DNA of 32,000 nucleotides from Kineococcus radiotolerans SRS30216 = ATCC BAA-149 (GTDB lineage Bacteria; Actinomycetota; Actinomycetes; Actinomycetales; Kineococcaceae), in the NCBI RefSeq assembly GCF_000017305.1, contig NC_009664.2, positions 1,320,001 through 1,352,000 on the forward strand, written 5' to 3'. A program made the translations under genes and the position numbers. Under the pieces are notes generated by a model. The model did no database searches. It had not been told where the DNA came from and was given only the letters and a program-made list of their open reading frames with translations. Positions 1 through 8,425 of this stretch are shown here, piece after piece (position 1 is the stretch's first letter; every line of letters begins with the position of its first letter).

Positions 1-2
1 TC

Positions 3-767
3 TGGCTCATCCCGAGCCTGTGGGCGATCAAGACCTCCTTCACCGACAACGCCGTCTCGGCGCTGGGCACCCAGGCGATCCTCAAGGACGTCAACCCGAC
101 GCTGGCGTCGTACTCCGCCCTGCTGGGCGGGGGCGACCTGTGGAACTGGTACCTGGCCAGCTTCATCACCTCGACGCTGTCCGCGGCGCTGGTCGTAGTC
201 TTCGCCTCCATGGCGGCGTTCGCGATCTCCCGGATGCGCTTCCGCGGCCGCAACGTCGTCTTCGTCCTGCTGCTGGCCGGGATCATGGTCCCCGCCGACG
301 TGCTGATCATCCCGATCTTCCAGCTGCTGAACTCCGTCGGGCTGCTCAACACCTACTGGGCGGTGATCTTCCCGCAGGTCTCCAGCGTCATCGCGCTGTT
401 CGTCTTCAAGCAGTTCTTCGACGGCCTGCCCAAGGAGCTGGAGGAGGCCGCCCGCCTGGACGGCGCCACCAACTGGCGCATCTACCGCTCGGTCATCATG
501 CCCCTGTCGCGCCCGGTCCTGTCGGCCATGGCGATCGTCACCTTCGTGGGCGTGTGGAACAACCTGATCCTGCCCCTGTACGTGCTGTCCAACCCCGACC
601 TCATGACGATCCCCGTCGGCCTGGCCACCGTCCAGGGCTCCTTCGGCCAGCGGTTCTCCGACATCCAGGCCTCCACGATCCTCGGCGCCCTGCCGCTGGT
701 CGTCCTGTTCCTCGTCTTCCAGCGCCGCATCGTCGAGGGCGTCGCCGGCACCGGTCTGAAGGGCTGA
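3..767 (+). CDS. Carbohydrate ABC transporter permease (MalG/BPD_transp_1 type), 5' end cut by window edge
   Basis: Frame 3 is open from base 3 (WLIPSLWAIKTSFTDN...) and runs into tracked ORF 210..767. It has several hydrophobic helices and the permease EAA-type loop LEEAARLDGATNWRIYRSVIMPLSRP. The stop lies 8 nt before the abfA start. Confidence 0.85.
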   Translation, partial: WLIPSLWAIKTSFTDNAVSALGTQAILKDVNPTLASYSALLGGGDLWNWYLASFITSTLSAALVVVFASMAAFAISRMRFRGRNVVFVLLLAGIMVPADVLIIPIFQLLNSVGLLNTYWAVIFPQVSSVIALFVFKQFFDGLPKELEEAARLDGATNWRIYRSVIMPLSRPVLSAMAIVTFVGVWNNLILPLYVLSNPDLMTIPVGLATVQGSFGQRFSDIQASTILGALPLVVLFLVFQRRIVEGVAGTGLKG

Positions 768-774
768 ACCACCT

Positions 775-2322
775 GTGAGCACCACTGCACCGACCAGCGG
801 GACCCTGCACGGCGTCGTGGACCTCGACGTCGCCGGCGCCACCATCAGCCGCCACCTCTACGGCCACTTCGCGGAGCACCTCGGCCGGTGCATCTACGAG
901 GGGTTCTGGGTCGGGGAGGACTCCCCGATCCAGAACACCTCCGGCGTCCGCGACGACGTCGTGCAGGCCCTGAAGGACATCAGCATCCCCAACCTGCGTT
1001 GGCCCGGGGGCTGCTTCGCCGACGAGTACCACTGGGAGAACGGCGTCGGCCCCCGCGAGGACCGCCCCTCGATGGTCAACACCCACTGGGGCGACGTCGT
1101 CGAGGACAACTCCTTCGGCACCCACGAGTTCATGCGGCTGTGCGAGCTGCTGGGGGCGGAGCCCTACGTCTCGGGCAACGTCGGCTCGGGCACGGTCCAG
1201 GAGATGAGCGACTGGGTCGAGTACCTCACCCGCTCCGGCGACGCCCCCATGTCCCGGCTGCGCCGCGAGCACGGGCGCACCGAGCCGTGGAAGGTGCCGT
1301 TCTGGGGCGTCGGCAACGAGGCCTGGGGCTGCGGCGGCAACATGACCGCCGAGCAGTACGCCCAGCTCGCCTCCCAGTTCTCCACCTACGCCCGCAACCA
1401 CGACGGCAACGAGCTGTACCGCATCGCCGCCGGCCCCAACCGCGACGACTACCACTGGACCGAGACGCTGATGAAGTCGATCAGCACCCTCGGCGGCCCC
1501 GTGGAGGAGCGCCACCACCAGCGCTGGCAGGCGCTGTCGTTCCACTACTACACCCACGCCAGCGACGACTGGCAGCACAAGGGCTCGGCGACGGAGTTCG
1601 ACGCCGGCGAGTACCACGCCACGATGGTCAACGCCTGGCGCATCGACGAGATCGTCCGCGGCCACTCCCGGGTCATGGACGCCTACGACCCCGACGCGAC
1701 CATCGGCCTCGTCTGCGACGAGTGGGGCACCTGGTGGGACGTCGAACCCGGCACCAACCCCGGGTTCCTCTTCCAGCAGAACACCCTGCGCGACGCGCTG
1801 GTGGCCGGTCTGCACTTCGACGTCTTCCACGCCAACGCCCGCCGGCTGGTGATGGCCAACATCGCCCAGACGGTCAACGTGCTGCAGGCGATGGTCCTCA
1901 CCGACGGGGCGCGGATGGTCCTCACCCCGACGTACCACGTGTTCGCGATGAACGCCGGGCACCAGGACGCCACCAGCCACCCCGTGCACGTCGTCGCCGG
2001 CGACGCCCGCTACGAGGGCGAGGCGGGCGAGTACCGGACCCTGACGACGTCGGTGAGCTCCCGCGAGGGCAGCGCGCTGGTCTCGGTCACCAACCTCGAC
2101 GTCGAGCGCGGCGGGACGGTGCGCCTGGACCTGCGCGGGCGGGACTGGACCGTGGCGGCGGCGACGCTGCTCGCGGCCCCCTCCCTGCAGGAGCACAACA
2201 CCGTGGAGAACCCGACCGCGGTCGCGCCGGTCCCCTTCGACGGGGCCCGCCGCGAGGGCGACACCCTCGTCGTCGAGCTGCCCGCGCACTCCTTCGCCAC
2301 GGTGCAGCTCACCCTCGGCTGA
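775..2322 (+). CDS. abfA: Alpha-L-arabinofuranosidase, glycoside hydrolase family 51
   Basis: 515 aa, GTG start. The N-terminal block ISRHLYGHFAEHLGRCIYEGFWVGEDS...NLRWPGGCFADEYHW and the GVGNEAWGCGG catalytic-acid region are typical of GH51 AbfA. It sits directly downstream of a sugar ABC permease. Confidence 0.9.
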   Translation: MSTTAPTSGTLHGVVDLDVAGATISRHLYGHFAEHLGRCIYEGFWVGEDSPIQNTSGVRDDVVQALKDISIPNLRWPGGCFADEYHWENGVGPREDRPSMVNTHWGDVVEDNSFGTHEFMRLCELLGAEPYVSGNVGSGTVQEMSDWVEYLTRSGDAPMSRLRREHGRTEPWKVPFWGVGNEAWGCGGNMTAEQYAQLASQFSTYARNHDGNELYRIAAGPNRDDYHWTETLMKSISTLGGPVEERHHQRWQALSFHYYTHASDDWQHKGSATEFDAGEYHATMVNAWRIDEIVRGHSRVMDAYDPDATIGLVCDEWGTWWDVEPGTNPGFLFQQNTLRDALVAGLHFDVFHANARRLVMANIAQTVNVLQAMVLTDGARMVLTPTYHVFAMNAGHQDATSHPVHVVAGDARYEGEAGEYRTLTTSVSSREGSALVSVTNLDVERGGTVRLDLRGRDWTVAAATLLAAPSLQEHNTVENPTAVAPVPFDGARREGDTLVVELPAHSFATVQLTLG

Positions 2323-2354
2323 GCCGCACCCGCTCCCCCGGGAGCACCCCCGAC

Positions 2355-2391
2355 GCGCCCGGGCGCGGCCGAGCAGGCCGCGCCCGGGCGC
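2355..2391. terminator. Bidirectional stem-loop between convergent abfA and LLM genes
   Basis: Perfect 16-bp inverted repeat gcgcccgggcgcggcc / ggccgcgcccgggcgc with a 5-nt loop (gagca). No T-tract, as is common in high-GC actinobacteria. Confidence 0.6.
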
Positions 2392-2423
2392 TCTCGCGTC
2401 GGGGCCCGCTCAGCCCAGCGCGC

Positions 2424-3278
2424 TCAGCCCAGCCCGTGCGCGGTCAGCACCGTCCCCAGGACCGCCGCCGGGGCGCCCCGCCCGTCGGCGCGCGGCCAGT
2501 GGACGCAGACCTCGTCGTAGCCCGCACCGGCCAGCGCCGCCGCGAAGCGCGGGTAGTCGGTGAACGCCCCCCGCTCGTCGAGGCCGAGCAGCGCCAGGCG
2601 CCGCACCCCCGCCGAGCCCGCCACGGCGTCGAAGCGGGCCGCGGGGTCCAGGAACCGGGCGATCGCGTCCTCCACGGAGTCCCCCGGACCGGGCTGCCCG
2701 GAGCCGTAGGTGACCCAGGTGTCGCCGGTGCGCGCCGCGAACCGCAGGCCCCGCGGACCGGCCGCGGCCACCGTCAGCGGGACCCGCCCCGCGACCGGGC
2801 CGGGGACGTTGCGGGCGTCGACGGCGCGGTAGCGCTCCCCCGCCGCGTCGGTGACCCGCTGCGTCAGCAGCGTCGTCAGCAGCGTCGTCCACTCCTCGAA
2901 CCGGTCCTGGCGCTGCCCGGGGGTGAGCGGCGCCAGCCCGAGCACCGCCGCGTCCTCGGCCGAGGTGCCCGCCCCGACCCCGAGCTCCACGCGCCCCCCG
3001 CTCAGCTGGTCGAGGGTCATCACCTCGGCCGCGAAGGTCACCGGGTGCCGGAAGTTGGGCGAGGCCACCAGGGTCCCCAGCCGCACGCGGGTCGTGGCGA
3101 CGGCGGCGGCCGCCAGCAGGGGCACGGCGTTGAACCAGGGGCCGTCGCGGAAGTCGCGCCACGACAGGTGGTCGTAGCAGAACACCGTCCGCAGGCCCGC
3201 GGCCTCGACCTCCCGGGCGGTGGCGGTGAAGGACGTCGGGTGCAGGTCGTTGAGGACCACGCAGGAGAGTTCGACCAC
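2424..3278 (-). CDS. Luciferase-like monooxygenase (LLM) family oxidoreductase, possibly F420-dependent
   Basis: 284 aa, GTG start. The pattern LGTLVASPNFRHPVTFAAEVMTLDQLSGGRVELGVGAG is characteristic of LLM/bac_luciferase proteins. High GC3. Confidence 0.8.
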   Translation of the reverse strand: MVELSCVVLNDLHPTSFTATAREVEAAGLRTVFCYDHLSWRDFRDGPWFNAVPLLAAAAVATTRVRLGTLVASPNFRHPVTFAAEVMTLDQLSGGRVELGVGAGTSAEDAAVLGLAPLTPGQRQDRFEEWTTLLTTLLTQRVTDAAGERYRAVDARNVPGPVAGRVPLTVAAAGPRGLRFAARTGDTWVTYGSGQPGPGDSVEDAIARFLDPAARFDAVAGSAGVRRLALLGLDERGAFTDYPRFAAALAGAGYDEVCVHWPRADGRGAPAAVLGTVLTAHGLG

Positions 3279-3298
3279 CCCGGCAGCCTAGGGACCGC

Positions 3299-3778
3299 TC
3301 AGCGGGTGCGGCGACGGAACCACCGGCGCCGCCGCGCCGGCGGCTCCACCGCGGCGGGGGCCGCCGGAGCCGGGCGGGCCGCCCGCCACGCCTCCAGGAC
3401 CGCCTCCTCGTCGAGCAGGGCCACCACCACCAGCGGCCCGTCCGCGGGCCGCCGGTAGAGCTCCCGGACCCGGTCGTTGAAGTCGGCCACGACCTCGCGG
3501 ACCGCGGGCTCGCGCCCGAGCTGCGCCACGTCGCGCAGCAGCACCTCGCGCTCGCGGCGCAGCGCGAGCGCCGGCGGCAGCATGGCGGTCACGTCGTAGC
3601 CCTCGCGCCGGGCCTTGTCCGCGGCCCACTGCTCGGCGGAGAACTCCCGGTCCAGCCCGGGCAGCGGCGCCCCGGCGCCGGGCAGGTGGTCGAAGTCGCC
3701 CCGCTCCTGCGCCTCGCGCACCTGCCGCTCGACCCAGTCCTCGAAGGGGGTGCCGGGCGGTTTGCGTCCACTGGCCAC
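3299..3778 (-). CDS. DnaJ-like DUF1992 domain protein
   Basis: This is the 3' part of tracked ORF 3299..4159. The chosen in-frame GTG at 3778 gives VASGRKPPGTPFEDWVERQVREAQERGDFDHLPGAGAPLP, which matches the DUF1992 signature (G-FDxLPG-G-PL). The upstream part of the ORF is Arg/Gly/Pro junk overlapping the VOC gene. The stop lies 21 nt before the LLM start. Confidence 0.65.
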   Translation of the reverse strand: MASGRKPPGTPFEDWVERQVREAQERGDFDHLPGAGAPLPGLDREFSAEQWAADKARREGYDVTAMLPPALALRREREVLLRDVAQLGREPAVREVVADFNDRVRELYRRPADGPLVVVALLDEEAVLEAWRAARPAPAAPAAVEPPARRRRWFRRRTR

Positions 3779-3840
3779 CCGCCCACTCTGGCACCCGCCG
3801 GCCCGCGCGCCACCGGGTGCCGGCGGGACCCGGGAGCGGT

Positions 3841-4368
3841 TCAGCTCCCCGCGTCGCCCTCGCCGAGGCGGGCGGCCCGCTCCGCGACCCGGCGCGCGCT
3901 CTCCTCCTCGGAGAGGTCCTCCACCCGGGTCATCACCGACCACCGCACCCCGAACGGGTCGCGGAGGCTCGCGAACCGGTCTCCGGAGACGAAGTTCGTC
4001 AGGGGTTCGCGGACCATCGCCCCCGCCGCCTCGGCGCGGGCCACCACCGCGTCGGCGTCGGCGCAGTAGAACCCCAGCGAGTAGCAGTCGTCCTCCCCGG
4101 CCGGGGCCGCGACGAGGTGGTACTCCGGGTTCGGCTCGCCCAGCTGCAGGTGCCCGCACCCCAGGTCGAGGTCGGCGTGGACGACGATCCCGCCCACCTC
4201 GGTGACGTCGACGACCCGTGCTCCGAAGACGTCGCGGTAGAACGCGATCGCCTCCGCGGCGCGGGGGACGGACAGGAAGGGGGTGAGGCTGGTCATCCCG
4301 TGCGGAACGCCGCGGGTGGTGTGCTCGCCGTGGGCGGCCCTGCTCGTGGTGGTGCTCGCGCTGCTCAT
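3841..4368 (-). CDS. VOC (glyoxalase/bleomycin-resistance, PhnB-like) family protein
   Basis: The core MTSLTPFLSVPRAAEAIAFYRDVFGARVV...DRFASLRDPFGVRWSV is typical of VOC/PhnB-like proteins. An alternative start at ATG 4296 (MTSLTPFL) would remove a 24-aa low-complexity extension. I cannot tell the two starts apart by eye. Confidence 0.75.
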   Translation of the reverse strand: MSSASTTTSRAAHGEHTTRGVPHGMTSLTPFLSVPRAAEAIAFYRDVFGARVVDVTEVGGIVVHADLDLGCGHLQLGEPNPEYHLVAAPAGEDDCYSLGFYCADADAVVARAEAAGAMVREPLTNFVSGDRFASLRDPFGVRWSVMTRVEDLSEEESARRVAERAARLGEGDAGS

Positions 4369-4450
4369 GCCCGCGACGCTAGGTGCCCGGGGCGGGCGCG
4401 GGCTTGGAGATCCGCGCCAGTCCCCGTCCGGGCGCAGTAGCGTGCCCGGG

Positions 4451-5248
4451 GTGAGCGGAACCGACCGCGGGATCCTCTACCCCGCCCGGCTGCCCCGGTT
4501 CACCCGCGTCCCCGCCCCGCCGGAGGTGGGCGAACTGGTCCGGTGGTTCTGGGTCCCGCAGTGGGACGTGGCCGCGGGCCGGACCTCCCGCCAGCACCTC
4601 GTCGCCTTCCCGGCCTGCAACCTCGTCGTGGAGAGCGGGGACGGGGGGTTCGTCGGGTTCGCGGGGCCCACCACGCGGCGTTCGCACCGCGACCTCACCG
4701 GCACGGGCTGGGCGGTCGGGGCGCAGCTGCGCCCGGCGGCGGTGCCCGTGTTCACCGACGGCCCCGCGGCGCTGCGCGACCGCTACGTCCGCCTGGAGCT
4801 GCCGGGCCTGCTGGGCGCCGTCCTGGCCGCGGCGGCGGCCGGGCCCGCGGACGCCCTGCCGCAGCGCACGGCCGCGGCGTTCGCCGGTTGGCTCGCCGCC
4901 CACGTCGGGGAACCGTCCGCCGAGGCGCGGACGGCCAACGCGATGGCCGAGGTCATCGACACCGACCCCGCCGTGGTGCGGCTGGAGGACGTCGCGCTGC
5001 GGCTGGCGGTCTCGACGCGCACCCTGCAACGGCTCGCCCACCGCTACGTCGGGCTGCCGCCGGCGGCGATGATCCGCCGGCGGCGGTTGCAGGAGGCCGC
5101 CGAGCGCGTCCGGACCGACCCCTCCGCCGACCTGGCCCGGATCGCGGCGGAACTCGGCTACGCCGACCACGGGCACCTGACCCGCGACTTCCGGGCGGTG
5201 CTGGGGATGGTGCCCAGCGAGTACCGCCGCGGCGGCGGGGCCGGCTGA
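4451..5248 (+). CDS. AraC-family transcriptional regulator
   Basis: C-terminal HTH_18 region TLQRLAHRYVGLPPAAMIRRRRLQEAAERV...IAAELGYADHGHLTRDFRAVLGMVPSEYRR. The start is set at in-frame GTG 4451 (alternative GTG 4442). The tracked start at 4283 would overlap the divergent VOC gene. Confidence 0.75.
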   Translation: MSGTDRGILYPARLPRFTRVPAPPEVGELVRWFWVPQWDVAAGRTSRQHLVAFPACNLVVESGDGGFVGFAGPTTRRSHRDLTGTGWAVGAQLRPAAVPVFTDGPAALRDRYVRLELPGLLGAVLAAAAAGPADALPQRTAAAFAGWLAAHVGEPSAEARTANAMAEVIDTDPAVVRLEDVALRLAVSTRTLQRLAHRYVGLPPAAMIRRRRLQEAAERVRTDPSADLARIAAELGYADHGHLTRDFRAVLGMVPSEYRRGGGAG

Positions 5249-5269
5249 GCGCCCGGTCCCGCGGAGCGC

Positions 5270-6394
5270 TCAGTCCTCGGGCTCGGTGCTGAAGAACCCG
5301 TCCACGACGTCGAGGACGGCCCCGGCCAGGCCCGCGCGCGCCGTCCACGGCTCCACCGGCGACAGCACCCCCAGCTCGACGAGGCGCTGCACGGCCGCCA
5401 GCGCCGCGGGCAGGTCCGCCTCGTCGCCGTTCTCGGTGAGGAGCTCGCGCAACCGGCCCGACGTCATGGGGTCCAGCACGGCGGAGGTGACCGCCGAGAG
5501 GCCCCCGACGACGGCGCCGGGGCTGCCGGCCGCGGCGAGGGTCCCGCTGATGACCGACGCCGCGAAGACCGTGGCGAGGTCGCCGCGGTGCTCCGGGTCC
5601 CCCGCCCGCGGCACCTCGGTGCGCCCGTCGACGACTGTGACGAACCCGTTGCGCTGCAGCTCGGCCCACTCGGCGACCGGGTCCAGCGGCAGGTCGAAGG
5701 GCGCCAGCCGGGCCCGCAGGACCTCCACGGCCGGCCCCTCCCCCTCGGCGTCCACCGCGGCGTCGACCCCGGCGGCGAGCTCGTCGACGGCGTCGAGCGC
5801 CGCGGTGACCCACGGCAGCGCGGCCAGGTCCGCCAGCCGGCTCTCGGGCGGGACGGCCTCCTCCGCGGCGCGCAGGGCGTCGAGGACGCTGGCGGTGGCC
5901 GCGGCGGTGGCGCCGACCCCGCCGGAGGCGACGTCGAGGCAGTCGGCGAGCTCCTCGTCCTCCCCGGCCCACTGCTCGGTCTCGCCGAGGAACATCAGGT
6001 ACGACGTCCAGGCCAGGCGGGTCTCGTCGACGAGCTCCTGCGCGTCGAGCTCGTTGTGCTCGGCGACCGCGGGGACGATCTCGGTGAACAGCTCCTGCAG
6101 CCCCTCGGCGCTGAACCAGCGCGCGGAGGCGGGGACGAGGTCGAGCTCCAGGGACAGCACGAGCCAGCCGAGGGACTCCATCAGCCGCGCCTCGAGGTCG
6201 CCGACGTCCATCGGCGCCCCCGCCGCGCCGTCCCCGCCGGCCTCGTCCTGCTCGGCCAGCTCGGCCTCGAGGAAGCGGCGGAAGGGGACCTGCAGGTCGC
6301 CCAGGACCCGGCCCCCGGCGCGCAGCGGGGACATCGCGGTGCCGCTGCCCCCGCGGTGGGCGGGGTGGCCGTGGGACTTCTTCTTCTTCGGCAC
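5270..6394 (-). CDS. Hypothetical, strongly acidic protein with a Lys4 N-terminal tract
   Basis: This is the 3' part of tracked ORF 5270..7876. GTG 6394 is preceded by GAGG at 5-nt spacing (alternative ATG 6334, MSPLRAGG). Asp/Glu/Ala/Leu-rich with high GC3, and I recognise no family. The N-terminus reads VPKKKKSHGHPAHRGG. Confidence 0.55.
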   Translation of the reverse strand: MPKKKKSHGHPAHRGGSGTAMSPLRAGGRVLGDLQVPFRRFLEAELAEQDEAGGDGAAGAPMDVGDLEARLMESLGWLVLSLELDLVPASARWFSAEGLQELFTEIVPAVAEHNELDAQELVDETRLAWTSYLMFLGETEQWAGEDEELADCLDVASGGVGATAAATASVLDALRAAEEAVPPESRLADLAALPWVTAALDAVDELAAGVDAAVDAEGEGPAVEVLRARLAPFDLPLDPVAEWAELQRNGFVTVVDGRTEVPRAGDPEHRGDLATVFAASVISGTLAAAGSPGAVVGGLSAVTSAVLDPMTSGRLRELLTENGDEADLPAALAAVQRLVELGVLSPVEPWTARAGLAGAVLDVVDGFFSTEPED

Positions 6395-6468
6395 GGGTAC
6401 CTCGGGGACGGGGACGGTCGGAGCGGCCAGCGTAGTCGGGGCGCGCTCGCGGTGCGGCGGGCGCGAGG

Positions 6469-7224
6469 TCAGCCCGGGGTGCGCACGTCCAGCCCCTCGA
6501 CCTCGGTGAACCCCAGCCGCGCGTAGACGCGCGCGGCGCGGTCGTCGTCGGGCTGGAGGTGGGCCAGCGCGGCCCCGGCGGCGAGGGCGCGCTCCAGCAG
6601 CCAGGACGACAGCCCGGCGCCGACGCCCCGCCGGCGCGCGCCGGGGACGACCCCCACCCCGGCCAGCAGCACCGCCGGCCCGGCGGCCCCGTCGGAGCGC
6701 ACGGCGTGCGCCGCGGCGACGGGCTCGTCGCCGTCGAGCACCAGACCCACCTCGACGCCGGGGTTCTCCAGGTGCCCGGCCAGCCAGCGCCGGACCGGGG
6801 CGGCGGGTCCGCCGAACGCCGCGACGTCCACGGCCACCACGGCGTCCAGGTCCTGCGGCGCGGCGCGGCGGACGGCGACCCCGGCGGGCAGCGGGGCGGG
6901 GGCGAACCGCGCGGGGCGCAGCCCGGCGAGGCGCTGGTGGACGAGGAGGTCCCCGCCCGGCCAGCCGGTCGGCCACGCCGGGGAGGGGGGCGTTCGCCAG
7001 GCCCACGGGGTGCCCCGGGCCGCCCACCACGCCGCCACCCGTTCCGGGTCGGTGGTGGCGGGGTCGAGGAGGTCCGTCCCGTTGTACGGGCCGAACGGCA
7101 GTCCGCTGCAGGCGGCCCGGGCCCCGCCGAGGTCCGCGACGGCCCCTCCGGGGCGGCCGCCGGCGGTGACGGCCCAGGCGTCGGCGTGGGCGGTGCGGAC
7201 GAGGGCGCCGGTGAGGTCGGGCAC
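6469..7224 (-). CDS. GNAT-family N-acetyltransferase with an N-terminal extra domain
   Basis: This is the 3' part of tracked ORF 6469..8001. The C-terminal GNAT core is LLAGVGVVPGARRRGVGAGLSSWLLERALAAGAALAHLQPDDDRAARVYARLGFTEV. GTG 7224 is the only canonical in-frame start that does not run into the divergent ANTAR gene. The SD is weak. Confidence 0.7.
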   Translation of the reverse strand: MPDLTGALVRTAHADAWAVTAGGRPGGAVADLGGARAACSGLPFGPYNGTDLLDPATTDPERVAAWWAARGTPWAWRTPPSPAWPTGWPGGDLLVHQRLAGLRPARFAPAPLPAGVAVRRAAPQDLDAVVAVDVAAFGGPAAPVRRWLAGHLENPGVEVGLVLDGDEPVAAAHAVRSDGAAGPAVLLAGVGVVPGARRRGVGAGLSSWLLERALAAGAALAHLQPDDDRAARVYARLGFTEVEGLDVRTPG

Positions 7225-7315
7225 CGGCCCAGCGTGCCGCCCGGCGGGGACCGGCGGCCACCGGTTTCCCGCCCCGCGGCCCGGCGCCTCGGCGCGCGGG
7301 CGCGGCTGCACCACG

Positions 7316-8086
7316 ATGGGCACCGTGGACGACCTCCCGACGCGCTTCGCGGCGGCCCGGGCCCGCCGCGCCGACCCCGCCCGCCCGGAGCTGGCGGCGA
7401 CGGCCCTGGCCGCGGCCTGCTGCGACGTGCTGGCCGTGGACGGGGCCGTGGTCAGCGTCGCGGGCCGGGACGCGTGGCGGTTGCCCGTCGGGGCCAGCGA
7501 CGACGCGGCCGCCGCGGCGGAGCGCTGGCGGTTCACGGTCGGGCAGGGCCCCGGCGGCGGGGACGGGGCCGCGGAGCCCCTGGTCGTGGACGCGGACGGG
7601 TTGCGGACCCGCTGGCCCGCGCTGCACGACCAGCTGCGCCGCCACACCCCCTTCCGCAGCACGGTGACGCTGCCGCTGCGGCTGCTCCTGCCGGGCGGGG
7701 CGACGGGTCCGGGGGTGCTCGACCTGCACCTGCACCGCGAGCGCCCCCTCGCGCCCCCCGGCCCCGGCGCGGCGCCCCTGGACCTGGGCCCGGCCCGCCG
7801 GGTGGCCGCCCTCGTCGGCGCCGGGCTCGACGCCACCGGGGCCGGCGCCACCGGGGCCGGCGCGGGCGAGGGGCACGGGGAGCCGGACTGGATGGACGCC
7901 CCCACCGCCCGGGCCCGCCAGCGGGTGTGGATGGTCATCAGCATGGCCCAGCAGGTGCTGGCCGTGGAGCGCGCCGACGCGCTGGCCCTGCTGCGCGCCA
8001 CCGCCTACGTGCAGGACCGGACCCTGGAGGACCTCGCCGAGGACGTCGTCGCGGGACGCACCCCCCTGGGGTCCCTGCGGGGGTGA
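7316..8086 (+). CDS. GAF-like + ANTAR domain RNA-binding antiterminator-type regulator
   Basis: ATG 7316 (MGTVDDLP) lies within tracked ORF 7010..8086. The N-terminal block DVLAVDGAVVSVAG...ASDDAAAAAERWRFTVGQGPG matches the actinobacterial GAF-ANTAR pattern. The C-terminal block ISMAQQVLAVERADALALLRATAYVQDRTLEDLAEDVVAG is ANTAR-like. Confidence 0.8.
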   Translation: MGTVDDLPTRFAAARARRADPARPELAATALAAACCDVLAVDGAVVSVAGRDAWRLPVGASDDAAAAAERWRFTVGQGPGGGDGAAEPLVVDADGLRTRWPALHDQLRRHTPFRSTVTLPLRLLLPGGATGPGVLDLHLHRERPLAPPGPGAAPLDLGPARRVAALVGAGLDATGAGATGAGAGEGHGEPDWMDAPTARARQRVWMVISMAQQVLAVERADALALLRATAYVQDRTLEDLAEDVVAGRTPLGSLRG

Positions 8087-8113
8087 GGGCCGCGGCGGGA
8101 TCGAGGCGCGGGC

Positions 8114-8136
8114 GCGCCGTCGCGGCGCGACGGCGC
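8114..8136 (+). terminator. GC stem-loop downstream of the ANTAR gene
   Basis: 23-nt near-perfect palindrome gcgccgtcgcg-g-cgcgacggcgc, 28 nt after the stop at 8086 and 24 nt before the next start. Confidence 0.35.
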
Positions 8137-8159
8137 CGCCGGTCCGCGATGATGGGGCG

Positions 8160-8372
8160 GTGAGGCTGACCGGGCTGGAGCGTCGGATCCTCGAGGGCGC
8201 GGACGTGGGTCACGTCGTGGACGAGCCCGGGTGCGCGCCGCTCGTGGGCGCCGCCTACCGGCACCTGGAGCAGTACGGGCTCCTCGACGCGGACTGGTGG
8301 GGCGACGACCTCGTGCCGCTGATGGTCGAGATCACCCCGGCGGGCCGCACGCTGCTGCGCCACGGCGGCTGA
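8160..8372 (+). CDS. Hypothetical small protein (70 aa)
   Basis: GTG start. The codons show strong GC3 bias with non-Arg/Pro-dominated composition (MRLTGLERRILEGADVGHVVDE...). SD spacing is poor, and I recognise no family. Confidence 0.4.
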   Translation: MRLTGLERRILEGADVGHVVDEPGCAPLVGAAYRHLEQYGLLDADWWGDDLVPLMVEITPAGRTLLRHGG

Positions 8373-8425
8373 CGCCCGCCGCGACCCCGGGGGCGGGCGC
8401 GCCCGGCCCGCGGGAGACTCGCCCC

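Noticed and set aside
601-3458. Long ORFs 601..2289 (-, 562 aa) and 888..3458 (+, 856 aa) overlapping abfA and the LLM gene
   Set aside because: Both are Arg/Pro/Gly/Ala-dominated with no recognisable motifs, and both are antisense or off-frame to well-supported genes. These are typical shadow ORFs of a very high-GC genome.
5270-8163. Giant ORFs 5270..7876 (-, 868 aa), 6469..8001 (-, 510 aa) and 6559..8163 (+, 534 aa) taken at face value
   Set aside because: Only the 3' portions of the two minus-strand ORFs look like real proteins. Their 5' portions are Arg/Pro/Gly junk running across neighbouring genes, and 6559..8163 is off-frame to the ANTAR gene.
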